A program made the position numbers and the translations under genes. The notes below the pieces were generated by a model that saw only the letters and a program-made list of their open reading frames with translations, had not been told where the DNA came from and searched no databases. A stretch of DNA of 64,000 nucleotides. Origin: Candidatus Omnitrophota bacterium. GTDB lineage: Bacteria > Omnitrophota > Gorgyraeia > 2-01-FULL-45-10. Location: the NCBI GenBank assembly GCA_017993955.1, contig JAGOLR010000004.1, forward strand, positions 3,601-67,600, given 5' to 3'. Shown here in pieces: positions 28,470 to 37,943 of this stretch (within the stretch, counting starts at the first letter, position 1; every line of letters begins with the position of its first letter).

Positions 28470-29512
28470 TGCGAGTGGCTATGTATTACAGTAACAAAGA
28501 TGTGAGGCTTGAAGAGAAGCCTAAACCCGTCATCGGGCCGGGGGAGATCCTTGTGCGCATAGAATCCAGCGGCATCTGCGGCACCGATTGCCTGGAGTGG
28601 TACCGAATACACCGCGTGCCCCTTGTCCTAGGTCATGAGATAGCCGGAGTAGTGGCCGAGACCGGCAGGGGAGTGAAGCGTTTCAAAACAGGCGATAGAG
28701 TCGCGGTATCGCATCACGTGCCTTGCGGTAAGTGCCGTTTTTGTAAGGACGGCCATGAGACAGTATGCGATACTCTGCGCAAAACAAATTTTGATCCCGG
28801 AGGATTTTCCGAGTTCGTCAGGGTTCCAAAGATAAATGTCGATAAAGGCACGTATCTTTTACCTAAAGACGTTACTTTCGACGAGGCTACATTTATAGAG
28901 CCCCTTGCTTGCGTTATCAGGGGGCAGCGTCTCGCAGGGTTTTCGGAAAAGAAGAAAAACAAAGGCAAGAGTGCTCTCGTTATAGGGTCCGGCATATCAG
29001 GGCTATTACATATACAGCTTGCGAAAGTTAACGGAATAGGCAAAGTATTCACAACCGATGTGGTAGATTACCGCCTTGGCATGGCTAAAAAATTTGGCGC
29101 GGATCACGCGATCAATGCTCGGGAATATACTCCTGAGCTGTTAAAATCTAAGAACGGCGGTATGCTTGCCGACCTGGTCGTTGTATGTACCGGCGCTACT
29201 CAGGCGATGGATCAGGCTATGAGGTCTATCGAGAAAGGCGGGACTATACTATTTTTTGCGGCGGCTGGCAAAGGAGTCTCTATCTCTCTTCCGGTGAACG
29301 ATATTTTTTGGAGGAACGAAGTGACGCTGACCAGTTCCTACGCGGGTAGCCCGCAAGACCATTTAGATGCGCTGAAATTAATTAGCTCGCGAAAAATCGA
29401 TGTTTGTGATATGATATCGCACAAATTCGGACTTGCCGATGCTGCTAATGGATTCGCGCTGGTGTCGGAGGCAGGAGATTCGATGAAGGTGATAATAGAG
29501 CCGCAGAAATAG
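28469..29512 (+). CDS. Zinc-dependent medium-chain alcohol dehydrogenase (threonine/sorbitol dehydrogenase-like)
   Basis: GHE catalytic-Zn motif, structural-Zn Cys cluster (CGKCRFC), and the GxGxxG motif. Confidence 0.8.
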   Translation: MRVAMYYSNKDVRLEEKPKPVIGPGEILVRIESSGICGTDCLEWYRIHRVPLVLGHEIAGVVAETGRGVKRFKTGDRVAVSHHVPCGKCRFCKDGHETVCDTLRKTNFDPGGFSEFVRVPKINVDKGTYLLPKDVTFDEATFIEPLACVIRGQRLAGFSEKKKNKGKSALVIGSGISGLLHIQLAKVNGIGKVFTTDVVDYRLGMAKKFGADHAINAREYTPELLKSKNGGMLADLVVVCTGATQAMDQAMRSIEKGGTILFFAAAGKGVSISLPVNDIFWRNEVTLTSSYAGSPQDHLDALKLISSRKIDVCDMISHKFGLADAANGFALVSEAGDSMKVIIEPQK

Positions 29513-29553
29513 AGATAAGCTCAATTTTCAAATCTATATTTTATAAGGATGAG

Positions 29554-31329
29554 ATGACTCCATTAGAACGCTGGGTTGAAGAACAGGCAAAACTTGCAAA
29601 ACCTGACAGGATATACTGGTGCGACGGTTCCGACGAGGAGGCCCGCAGGCTTATTGAGATAGGTATGAAAGATGAGAAGATAGCCGGGACTCCTATCTTC
29701 AGTGAGCTTAACCAAGATACATATCCCAAATGCTATTTTCACAGAAGCCATCCTACCGATGTAGCTCGCACGGAACATCTTACATTTGTATGTCACAAAG
29801 ACAAAGAGAATGCCGGCCCAAATAATAACTGGATGGACCCGGAAGAAGCCAAGGCGAAGATGCGCAAATTATCCGACGGCTGCATGCGCGGCAGAACGAT
29901 GTATGTCATGCCTTACATGATGGGCCATTCGCAGTCTCCTTACGCAAAAGCATGCATACAGCTAACCGATGTTTCTTATGTTGCGGTAAGCATGCGCATC
30001 ATGACCAGGATGACCAGGGCCGCCATAGATAAGATAGGTTCTCAGAATGACTTTGTAAAAGGCTTCCATTCGATAGGGGACCTGGACCCGGAAAAAAGAT
30101 TTATCATGCATTTCCCGGACGAGCATTTTGTGTGGAGCGTAGGTTCCGGTTACGGCGGCAATGCCCTTTTGGGTAAGAAATGTTTCTCGCTTAGGATAGC
30201 TTCATATCTCGGGTTACAGGAAGGCTGGCTTGCCGAACATATGGTGATAATCGGCGTGCAGGATCCCGCAGGCAAGACAACCTATATGACGGCCGCATTG
30301 CCGAGCGCTTGCGGCAAGACAAATCTGGCTATGCTTGAATCGGCTCTTCCGGGATACAAGGTGTGGACGCTCGGAGACGATATAGCCTGGATGAACGTAG
30401 GCCCTGACGGCAGGCTATGGGCTATAAATCCCGAGGCGGGCTTTTTCGGCGTGGCCCCCGGCACCGGCATGAAGACCAACCCAAATATGATGAGAACGCT
30501 TAAAAAAGGCGATTTCTTACCTACGCTGTTTACTAATACGGCGATAGATCTGGACAGGAACGAACCATGGTGGGAGGGCATCGGTGGTGATATCCCGAAG
30601 AACGTGATCGACTGGCAGGGTAAGCCATGGAACGCATCTATGGGTACCAAGGCCGCCCATCCTAATTCGCGTTTTACCGTATCGATGAAACAGTGCCCGG
30701 TTCTCTCCTCGGAATACGAAAACCCCAAAGGCGTGCCCATTTCCGCTATCTTATTCGGCGGAAAGAGGACCCATACCGTGCCTTTGGTAAAAGAGAGCTT
30801 TGATTGGTCCCAGGGCGTCTTCATGGGCGCCCGGATGGGTTCTGAGACTACGGCCGCCGCTATACACCAAGAGGGTGTTTTGCGCCGTGATCCTATGGCT
30901 ATGCTTCCTTTCTGCGGTTATAATATGGGTGATTATTTTTCCCATTGGCTCAAGATAGGGAAGCGTCTCAAAAATCCTCCGAAAATATATTCGATAAACT
31001 GGTTCAGGACCAACGATGAAGGCAAATTCATATGGCCCGGCTTCGGTGATAATATAAGGGTTCTTAAATGGATAATAGACCGGGTAGACGGTAAGGTGGG
31101 TGCCAAAGAAACTTCTATGGGTCTGGTTCCGCATATAAAGGATATGGATTTGAGAGGCCTTTCTATACCGCTCGCGGATATGGAGAAGCTATTCGAAGTC
31201 AAAAAAGAAGAGTGGTCTAAGGAGGCCGACGCTACCGAAGAATTCTTAACGAAATTCGGTTCCCGCATGCCGAAAGAGATGTGGGATGAGTTGGAGAAGA
31301 TGAGGAGTAAGTTAAGAAGTGAAAAGTGA
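29554..31329 (+). CDS. pckG: Phosphoenolpyruvate carboxykinase (GTP)
   Basis: PEPCK-GTP family kinase-1a motif region (GKTNLAM) and 591 aa length. Confidence 0.85.
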   Translation: MTPLERWVEEQAKLAKPDRIYWCDGSDEEARRLIEIGMKDEKIAGTPIFSELNQDTYPKCYFHRSHPTDVARTEHLTFVCHKDKENAGPNNNWMDPEEAKAKMRKLSDGCMRGRTMYVMPYMMGHSQSPYAKACIQLTDVSYVAVSMRIMTRMTRAAIDKIGSQNDFVKGFHSIGDLDPEKRFIMHFPDEHFVWSVGSGYGGNALLGKKCFSLRIASYLGLQEGWLAEHMVIIGVQDPAGKTTYMTAALPSACGKTNLAMLESALPGYKVWTLGDDIAWMNVGPDGRLWAINPEAGFFGVAPGTGMKTNPNMMRTLKKGDFLPTLFTNTAIDLDRNEPWWEGIGGDIPKNVIDWQGKPWNASMGTKAAHPNSRFTVSMKQCPVLSSEYENPKGVPISAILFGGKRTHTVPLVKESFDWSQGVFMGARMGSETTAAAIHQEGVLRRDPMAMLPFCGYNMGDYFSHWLKIGKRLKNPPKIYSINWFRTNDEGKFIWPGFGDNIRVLKWIIDRVDGKVGAKETSMGLVPHIKDMDLRGLSIPLADMEKLFEVKKEEWSKEADATEEFLTKFGSRMPKEMWDELEKMRSKLRSEK

Positions 31330-31400
31330 AAAATGAAAAGTGTAAAGATATAACAAAAAAGTCCTCTTTACACTTTTCTATTTGCACTTTGCACTAACGT
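31321..31400 (+). repeat. Intergenic inverted repeat of the AAAGTG/TTTGCACT family (29-nt arms) upstream of the aldolase gene
   Basis: GTGAAAAGTGAAAAATGAAAAGTGTAAAG, 18-nt loop, then CTTTACACTTTTCTATTTGCACTTTGCAC. Confidence 0.55.
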
Positions 31401-31421
31401 GTCTATAACACGGAGGTTGCA

Positions 31422-32198
31422 ATGGATTGGGGCATGAAAAACAGGATATCGAGGCTTATGAGGCCGGGTACCGGGAACGCTGTTTGGCTTGCCGTAGACC
31501 ACGGTTACTTTTTAGGCCCGATATCGAAATTGGAAGAACCGGGTAAGACGGTAAAACCGCTTATGCCTTATACCGACGCTCTTATGCTCACGAGAGGCGT
31601 TCTTAGAAATTGCATAGACGCATCCATCGATAAGCCTTTTATACTCCGGGTTTCCGGCGGTAACAGTATAGTAGGCCCAGCTTTGTCCAACGAAGGCATA
31701 CATACATCTATGGAAGAGGCGCTGCGCCTTAACTCCTCCGCCGTAGCTTTCTCTATATATATAGGGACTGAGCACGAGCATCAGACCCTGATGTGTTTGG
31801 GCAAACTGGTTGATGAAGGCCAGCGTTATGGCATGCCGGTTTTGGCTGTTACTGCCGTGGGTAAGGAACTGGAGAAGCGGGATGCCAGATTCCTTGGATT
31901 ATCTTGCAGGATCGCCGCGGAACTCGGAGCCCAAGTCGTAAAAACTTATTACTGCGATAATTTCAGAAACGTTGTAAAGTCCTGTCCGGTTCCTATCGTT
32001 ATAGCCGGCGGCCCTAAGCTGGAAACGGAGATGGATGCGCTAAATCTCGCTTACGAAGCTATGCAAGAAGGCGCAAAGGGTGTAGATATGGGGAGAAACA
32101 TATGGCAGTCACCTAAAGCCCTTGGCATGATTAAAGCCGTAAGCGCTATAGTTCATGAAGGATCATCCGTTAAAGAAGCCGCGAGATTTATTAAATAG
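31422..32198 (+). CDS. Class I aldolase of the DhnA/FbaB (archaeal-type) family
   Basis: Characteristic length; the LAVDHG and VVKTYY Schiff-base-lysine regions are present. Confidence 0.6.
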   Translation: MDWGMKNRISRLMRPGTGNAVWLAVDHGYFLGPISKLEEPGKTVKPLMPYTDALMLTRGVLRNCIDASIDKPFILRVSGGNSIVGPALSNEGIHTSMEEALRLNSSAVAFSIYIGTEHEHQTLMCLGKLVDEGQRYGMPVLAVTAVGKELEKRDARFLGLSCRIAAELGAQVVKTYYCDNFRNVVKSCPVPIVIAGGPKLETEMDALNLAYEAMQEGAKGVDMGRNIWQSPKALGMIKAVSAIVHEGSSVKEAARFIK

Positions 32199-32291
32199 AA
32201 ATTCGGTATCATTTAACATTGATTTTTTTCGGAAAAGTTGTATACTTTCATTATACCTTTTTTTGATTTGTCAGAATAGGAGGGGGTAAAG

Positions 32292-32789
32292 ATGTTGAGA
32301 AAGAGTATTGTTTTTATAGCTATCATATGTGTGGCGTCTTTTGTCATTTCCGGTTGCAGTACTCCCAGAAAGAAGATCAACGAAGAAATTTCCGGTATAA
32401 GGACCAGGGTCGATACGCTGGAGACAAGAGTCGAAGGCGTAGAGGCTAAACAGGCGGAAGTGGAAAGGGTAGTCTCCGAGGCGCCTAAGGAGGTGCCCGT
32501 AGCTGTCAGCGAGCCTTCATGGCCGGCCGATACCAATTTTACCAGCCGGACAGGTCTGACCACTTCCAAGGCAGATGTAAAAGATGTCCAGAGGGCCCTT
32601 AAAAATGCCGGGTATTACAGCGGCAAAGTAGATGGAATAAAAGGCAGGAACACAAAGAGGGCCATAAAGGCGTTTCAGAGAGATCACGGTTTAGTTTCCG
32701 ACGGTGTTGCCGGTCAAAAGACATGGGACGCATTGAGTAAATATCTTGCCGGCGGCTCGGATAAAGGCGAGGGAGCGGTAACGAAGTAA
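32292..32789 (+). CDS. Lipoprotein with peptidoglycan-binding (PG_binding_1) domain
   Basis: Lipobox ISGCS. The C-terminal motif ...ALK.AGYY.G.VDG..G..T..AI..FQ...GL..DG..G..TW.AL is also shared with 35696-36136. Confidence 0.7.
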   Translation: MLRKSIVFIAIICVASFVISGCSTPRKKINEEISGIRTRVDTLETRVEGVEAKQAEVERVVSEAPKEVPVAVSEPSWPADTNFTSRTGLTTSKADVKDVQRALKNAGYYSGKVDGIKGRNTKRAIKAFQRDHGLVSDGVAGQKTWDALSKYLAGGSDKGEGAVTK

Positions 32790-32812
32790 ATAACGACATT
32801 TATAGTTACTGT

Positions 32813-32852
32813 AAGGGGCTACCCTCTGGATGAAAGTCGGGTAGCCCTTTTC
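32813..32852 (+). terminator. Intrinsic terminator
   Basis: AAGGGGCTACCC...GGGTAGCCCTTTT. Confidence 0.7.
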
Positions 32853-32876
32853 AATGTGTGCGGTAGAATATATATT

Positions 32877-32945
32877 TAGGTTAAGGTTTAAGTTAAGGTT
32901 CATAGGATAAAAAGCCTTGACCTTAGCCTCAACCTCAACCTTCTT
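32877..32945 (+). promoter_or_regulatory. Imperfect inverted repeat built from AGGTT hexamers, upstream of the Lrp/AsnC gene
   Basis: TTAGGTTAAGGTTTAAGTTAAGGTT ... AACCTTAGCCTCAACCTCAACCTT, centred on an AT-rich spacer. Confidence 0.4.
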
Positions 32946-32962
32946 GCCGTTAATGGAGGATA

Positions 32963-33450
32963 TGATGAACGAGATACTTGAGATATTGGAAAAGGACGCC
33001 CGCACGACTCCGGAAGAGATAGCGCGGATGCTCAAGATTAAGCCTCAGGCAGTCAAGAACGAGATAAAGAAGCTGGAGAAGGCCGGGGTGATCTTGAAGT
33101 ATAAAACTATAATAAATAAAGAGCTGCTTCGCGAAGAGGATAGCTCTGTCCGCGCTCTAATAGAAGTAAAAGTGGCCCCTCAAAAAAATCTGGGTTTTGA
33201 GCATATAGCAGAGAGGGTGTATCAGTTTCCAGAGGTTACAAGCTGCTATCTCATGTCCGGCACATACGACCTCTTGGTTGTGGTAGAGGGCAAAAACATA
33301 CATAAGATATCAAATTTTGTAGCGGAGAAGTTGTCGCCTCTTGAGCATGTGCGGGGAACGGTGACGCATTTCATACTGAAGAAGTACAAAGAGGACGGCG
33401 ATATTCTCCGTAAGGCGCTGTCGGATAAAAGGCAAGCGATATCGTTGTGA
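32963..33450 (+). CDS. Lrp/AsnC family transcriptional regulator
   Basis: N-terminal HTH (ILEILEKDARTTPEEIARML) and a C-terminal RAM domain. Start set after the GGAGG RBS. Confidence 0.8.
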
Positions 33451-33461
33451 GTTAAATTGAG

Positions 33462-33548
33462 TTTGTTTAAAGTGTAAAGTGAAAAATTGAAATAGAGACT
33501 TTTATAGATTCTCTTTGCACTTTTCTCTTTTCGCTTTGCACTAAAGCA
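33462..33548 (+). repeat. Second copy of the AAAGTGTAAAG / TTTGCACT inverted-repeat element
   Basis: AAAGTGTAAAGTGAAAAATTGAAATAGAG ... CTCTTTGCACTTTTCTCTTTTCGCTTTGCACTAAAG. Confidence 0.5.
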
Positions 33549-33564
33549 TGGGAAATGACTTTTA

Positions 33565-34728
33565 ATGAAGATCTCTAAAACTGTCCAATCGATTCCTCCT
33601 TCCGGCATAAGGGTATTCTTTGACCTTGTGCTCGGAATGAAGGACGTAATATCTTTAGGTGTGGGTGAGCCGGATTTTGTCACTCCATGGAACGTCCGCG
33701 AGGCCGCCATATACGGTCTGGAGGAGGGGTACACTTCTTATACATCCAATAAAGGTATGGCAGAGCTTAGGCAGGAACTGGCCAGGTATCTTGAACGTAA
33801 GTACGGTCTGAAATATGACCCCGAGGAGGGCATGCTTATAACGGTAGGAGTCTCCGAGGCGGTAGATCTGGCTCTTCGCACTTTGATAGAACCCGGCGAT
33901 AAGGTCCTGGTACCGGAGCCCAGCTACGTTTCGTACGGCCCCAATGTGACTCTGTGCGGAGGGAAGCCCGTATTCATCAGGACCGGTCCGGACAACGGCT
34001 ATCGGATAACTGCCGCCGATATAGATAGGTATTGCGATAAAAAGACAAAAATCCTTTTTTTAAATTACCCCAGTAATCCCACCGGCGCATCCTATTCGAA
34101 GCAGGACCTTTTAAAAATAGCTCGTGCCGTGTTAAGACACGACCTTATGGTGATAACCGACGAGATATATTGTGAACTTACGTATGACTATGCACATACG
34201 CCATTTCCCGGCCTACCCGGGATGAAAGAACGCACGATATATCTGAATGGTTTCTCGAAGGCTTTCGCGATGACCGGTTGGCGCATAGGTTATGCCTGCG
34301 GTCCCAAAGAAGCTATATATGCTATGACAAAGATACACCAATATACTATGATGTGCGTACCCATAATGTCTCAGATAGCCGCAAGGGAGGCATTGAAAAA
34401 TTGCGAAAAATCCGTGCAGGAGATGAAGCGCGAATATAGACGCAGACGCTCTTTCGTGGTGTCAAGGTTGAACGAGATGGGGCTTGACTGCCACATGCCG
34501 GAAGGGGCTTTTTACGCCTTTCCTTCGATTAAAAGATTCGGGCTCTCTTCTCTGGAGTTTTCTAAGAGACTGCTTGAAAGCCAGAAGGTGGCGGTGGTTC
34601 CAGGGACGGCATTCGGGCCGCTCGGGGAGGGTTTTATACGCATATCGTATGCTTCAAGCATGGATAAGCTTAAGGAAGCGATGAGAAGGATGGAGAAATT
34701 TTTATCCGGTATGGATAAGGGCAGATAA
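33565..34728 (+). CDS. Pyridoxal-phosphate-dependent class I/II aminotransferase
   Basis: Aspartate-aminotransferase fold motifs including the PLP-lysine region (YLNGFSKAFAMTGWRIGY). Confidence 0.8.
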   Translation: MKISKTVQSIPPSGIRVFFDLVLGMKDVISLGVGEPDFVTPWNVREAAIYGLEEGYTSYTSNKGMAELRQELARYLERKYGLKYDPEEGMLITVGVSEAVDLALRTLIEPGDKVLVPEPSYVSYGPNVTLCGGKPVFIRTGPDNGYRITAADIDRYCDKKTKILFLNYPSNPTGASYSKQDLLKIARAVLRHDLMVITDEIYCELTYDYAHTPFPGLPGMKERTIYLNGFSKAFAMTGWRIGYACGPKEAIYAMTKIHQYTMMCVPIMSQIAAREALKNCEKSVQEMKREYRRRRSFVVSRLNEMGLDCHMPEGAFYAFPSIKRFGLSSLEFSKRLLESQKVAVVPGTAFGPLGEGFIRISYASSMDKLKEAMRRMEKFLSGMDKGR

Positions 34729-34743
34729 ATAAACGGAGGGGGC

Positions 34744-35586
34744 ATGAAAAAAGTATTGGCGGGTTTTGCTGCGGCATTTATGGTATTAACCATTTACGGC
34801 ACCGCTTTTGCCAAGGGCGAGGATGTGGTAAAGTTCTATCGCGATGTGACTATAGCTCAAGGTCAGGATGTTAACGATGTTGTTGCAATAAGCGGGAATA
34901 TCACGGTCTTTGGCAGAGTAGGAGGCAATATTACAGCGCTGGGCGGGTTCGTAGTCTTGAAACCAGGCTCTTACGTCGGAGGGGAGATAGTTTCGATAGG
35001 GGGAGAGGTTATTAAAGAGCCGGGGGCGGAACTTGTCGGCAGAGTGACCACGATTTATATGCCGCATTTTATCCCTTCTTTCGCTACCATACTGAAAGGC
35101 GGTTGGTTGGCTTTGTGGGCTACAATAAGCATACTCGTGCTGGTAGGTTTTTTGGGGCTCGCTATACTTATAATTGCCCTTATGCCTGACCATATGAAGA
35201 TAGTGGTAAAGTCCCTGGAAACATCATTCGGCATCATGCTTCTCTGGGGGCTTGCCTGGATGATACTGATAGTCCCTATAGCTGCCCTTCTTGCGGTAAG
35301 CATAATAGGCGTTATATTGATACCGGTACAGATACTTCTTGTAGTATTGGCCTTGATAATAGGTTATATAGCAGCGGGTGTATTTATAGGCAAAAATATA
35401 TTGGCATCATTCATCAAGAAAACAGTACCTATAGTCGATGCCCTTTTGGGAATACTGGTCCTTTTCCTTATAGGTTTTATCCCGGTGGTTGGGCCTGTCA
35501 TAAAAGTCCTTTTTCTAACCGCCGGCTATGGAGCCGTTCTTGTTACCAGGTTCGGTACCTCTAAGGTTGGGGCTAAATCTAAGTAG
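34744..35586 (+). CDS. Membrane protein with an N-terminal signal peptide, a bactofilin-like beta-helical repeat domain and a C-terminal multi-TM region
   Basis: Repetitive G.V.G.I..IGG.V motifs, followed by 4-5 hydrophobic helices. Confidence 0.4.
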   Translation: MKKVLAGFAAAFMVLTIYGTAFAKGEDVVKFYRDVTIAQGQDVNDVVAISGNITVFGRVGGNITALGGFVVLKPGSYVGGEIVSIGGEVIKEPGAELVGRVTTIYMPHFIPSFATILKGGWLALWATISILVLVGFLGLAILIIALMPDHMKIVVKSLETSFGIMLLWGLAWMILIVPIAALLAVSIIGVILIPVQILLVVLALIIGYIAAGVFIGKNILASFIKKTVPIVDALLGILVLFLIGFIPVVGPVIKVLFLTAGYGAVLVTRFGTSKVGAKSK

Positions 35587-35695
35587 AGGCAGTCATATAT
35601 ATCTTGACAACATTTTGCGCGGGCGTATAATCGAATAAAAAAGTGTAAAGCGCAAAGTCATCGTTTTTTTAATATTTTACGAAAGGAGGAGTTGG

Positions 35696-36136
35696 ATGAG
35701 TAAAAGATTTTTATATGTCGCGCTTATCGCGGTTCTGGCCGTACCGCTGGCTATTGCAGGTTGCAAGGCCAAGGCTCAGAAACCCGTTGAGATACAGAGC
35801 GAAGCCCTTGAAACCACCGTTGTTACCGAGGAGATGATACCGGCCCAGGCGCCTCTTGAGCCTGCCCAGATGGTGGCTACGGAAACCATTCCGCCTACCG
35901 CTACCCCGCCGATGCAGCCAAAAGAGGCACCCGTCACCCAGGAGAAGCAGGACAGGAATAGGGACATTCAAAAGGCCCTTAAGGCAGCCGGTTTCTATGC
36001 CGGTTCAGTCGACGGTAAGATAGGGCCGAGGAGCAAGAAGGCTATAATAGATTTTCAGAAGGCCAAGGGGCTTAAGGCAGACGGGAAAGTCGGTCCTAAG
36101 ACATGGGCCGAGCTTGAGAAATATCTGGTACAGTAA
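35696..36136 (+). CDS. Lipoprotein with peptidoglycan-binding domain (paralog of 32292-32789)
   Basis: Lipobox IAGCK and the same C-terminal PG_binding_1 pattern. Confidence 0.7.
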   Translation: MSKRFLYVALIAVLAVPLAIAGCKAKAQKPVEIQSEALETTVVTEEMIPAQAPLEPAQMVATETIPPTATPPMQPKEAPVTQEKQDRNRDIQKALKAAGFYAGSVDGKIGPRSKKAIIDFQKAKGLKADGKVGPKTWAELEKYLVQ

Positions 36137-36171
36137 TTATCTATTGAATAAATAAATCGGAGGATTTAATT

Positions 36172-36525
36172 ATGAAGCTTGCGAACATTATCGTAATATC
36201 ATTGGTATGCGTGTCTCTGGCGTTTGTAGTCGGTTGCGGCGTTTCTAAAGACAAATATAAATCTCTATTGAACGAGAAAGTTGGCTTGGAAGAGAAGGTC
36301 GCGGTTTTAACAAAGGCTAAGGATGCTATGAAGGCGGAGTACGATAACCTGTTGAAAGAGAAGATGGACTTGTCAACGCAGGTCCAGACGCTTACCAACG
36401 AAAAGGCCGCGCTGAAAGGCGAGTATGATAAATTACTCGACGAAAAAGTGGCTTTAAAGGCGGCTTACGATAAATTGCAGGCAGAGAATCAGGAACTGCA
36501 GGTAAGGCTGGCCGGGAGCAAATAA
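36172..36525 (+). CDS. Coiled-coil lipoprotein with three ~22-aa tandem repeats
   Basis: Lipobox VVGCG. Repeats KAEYDNLLKEK / KGEYDKLLDEK / KAAYDKLQAEN. Confidence 0.5.
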   Translation: MKLANIIVISLVCVSLAFVVGCGVSKDKYKSLLNEKVGLEEKVAVLTKAKDAMKAEYDNLLKEKMDLSTQVQTLTNEKAALKGEYDKLLDEKVALKAAYDKLQAENQELQVRLAGSK

Positions 36526-36573
36526 TTTACCCGGATATCTTAATCTCTTACAGAGAATCTGGGTTATGGTTCT

Positions 36574-37362
36574 TTGATATCGGGAGGAATCTTTTTTGTG
36601 CTGAACGGTAAGAAGATCGTCGTTGTCATGCCGGCATATAATGCCGAAAAAACCATCCGCCAGACTTATTCCGAGATACCAAAAGACATAGTGGATGACT
36701 GCATAGTTACCGATGATGGTTCCAAAGACCGTACTGTACAAGTGGCGCAAGAATTAGGCCTCAAGGTCTTCGTTCACGATCATAATATGGGATACGGAGG
36801 CAATCAGAAGACCTGTTATCGCGAGGCGCTTAAATTGGGCGCCGATGTCGTAGTCATGCTCCATCCCGATTATCAGTACCCTCCCAAGCTTATCACACCC
36901 ATGGCGGCCCTTATAACATCCGGTATGTTTGATGTCGTTATGGGTTCTAGGATACTTGGCAATAGGGCCCTAAAAGGTGGCATGCCGCTATATAAATATA
37001 TTGCCAATAGGTGCCTAACTCTTGTCGAAAATAATATGATAGGCGAGAAGCTATCGGAGTATCACACAGGGTACAGGGCCTTTTCGAAAGAAGTCCTGCT
37101 GAAGCTTCCTATACTGGAAAATTCGGATGATTTTGTTTTCGACAATCAGATGCTTCTGCAAGCTTTCTATTTTGGTTTCAGGGTGGGAGAGATAACATGC
37201 CCGTCCGTATATACCGAAGAATCATCGTCGATAAGTTTTTCCAGAAGCGTAGTTTACGGCTTCGGCGTGTTAGGAACGGCTCTGTATTATATGCTGGATA
37301 AGGCCGGTATAAAGCGCTATCCCATATTTAATCCGGAAGGTAAGAAGATAGCCTTAACTTAA
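36574..37362 (+). CDS. Family 2 glycosyltransferase (dolichyl-phosphate-sugar synthase-like); the true start is probably downstream of the annotated M
   Basis: IVVVMPAYNAEKTI N-terminal GT2 motif and a DDGSKD (DxD-like) motif. Confidence 0.75.
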   Translation: MISGGIFFVLNGKKIVVVMPAYNAEKTIRQTYSEIPKDIVDDCIVTDDGSKDRTVQVAQELGLKVFVHDHNMGYGGNQKTCYREALKLGADVVVMLHPDYQYPPKLITPMAALITSGMFDVVMGSRILGNRALKGGMPLYKYIANRCLTLVENNMIGEKLSEYHTGYRAFSKEVLLKLPILENSDDFVFDNQMLLQAFYFGFRVGEITCPSVYTEESSSISFSRSVVYGFGVLGTALYYMLDKAGIKRYPIFNPEGKKIALT

Positions 37363-37422
37363 TCTTGACTTTACATATACCCCTGTGTTATATTCTTTGG
37401 GCAAATATTATAAGGAGGTTTT

Positions 37423-37893
37423 ATGTTAAAAAGACGCAAAGCCATAGCTTTTTTAGCTATATCTGCAATCGCATTTTTAGCGCTACCCCTATTCGCACAA
37501 GAAACCGGCCAAGAGCAGGAAAGTAAGACCATAGCGGCAACCCCGGCAGTAAACCCGGATGCCTCTGCCGTAGCCCAGACACCAAAAGATGCCTCTTCTC
37601 AGCCTAAGCCGCTGAATATATACGGTGAAGTCCAGGCTGTAAATGCATCGGCCGGTTCTATGACCGTACAATATTACGATTATGATGCTGATGAAGAGAA
37701 GGCAATAGAGCTTTCAACCTCCGGCGATACGAAGATAGAGAATGCCGCCGCCATTGCTGACATAAAGAAGGGCGATTGGGCCGATATCACATATTCTACG
37801 GAAGGCTCCAAAAACATCGCGAAGTCGATTGTTGTGGAAAAGGAAGAAGAAGTTCCGGCCGAGACTATGCCGGAAGGCGAGACCAAGGAATAA
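37423..37893 (+). CDS. Secreted protein of unknown function with an acidic C terminus
   Basis: Signal peptide and low-complexity Ala/Pro/Glu-rich sequence. Confidence 0.35.
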   Translation: MLKRRKAIAFLAISAIAFLALPLFAQETGQEQESKTIAATPAVNPDASAVAQTPKDASSQPKPLNIYGEVQAVNASAGSMTVQYYDYDADEEKAIELSTSGDTKIENAAAIADIKKGDWADITYSTEGSKNIAKSIVVEKEEEVPAETMPEGETKE

Positions 37894-37943
37894 TTTGCCG
37901 GTTTCTATAGAGCCGTTTCTAGAACTCGAAAAGTTATAACATA

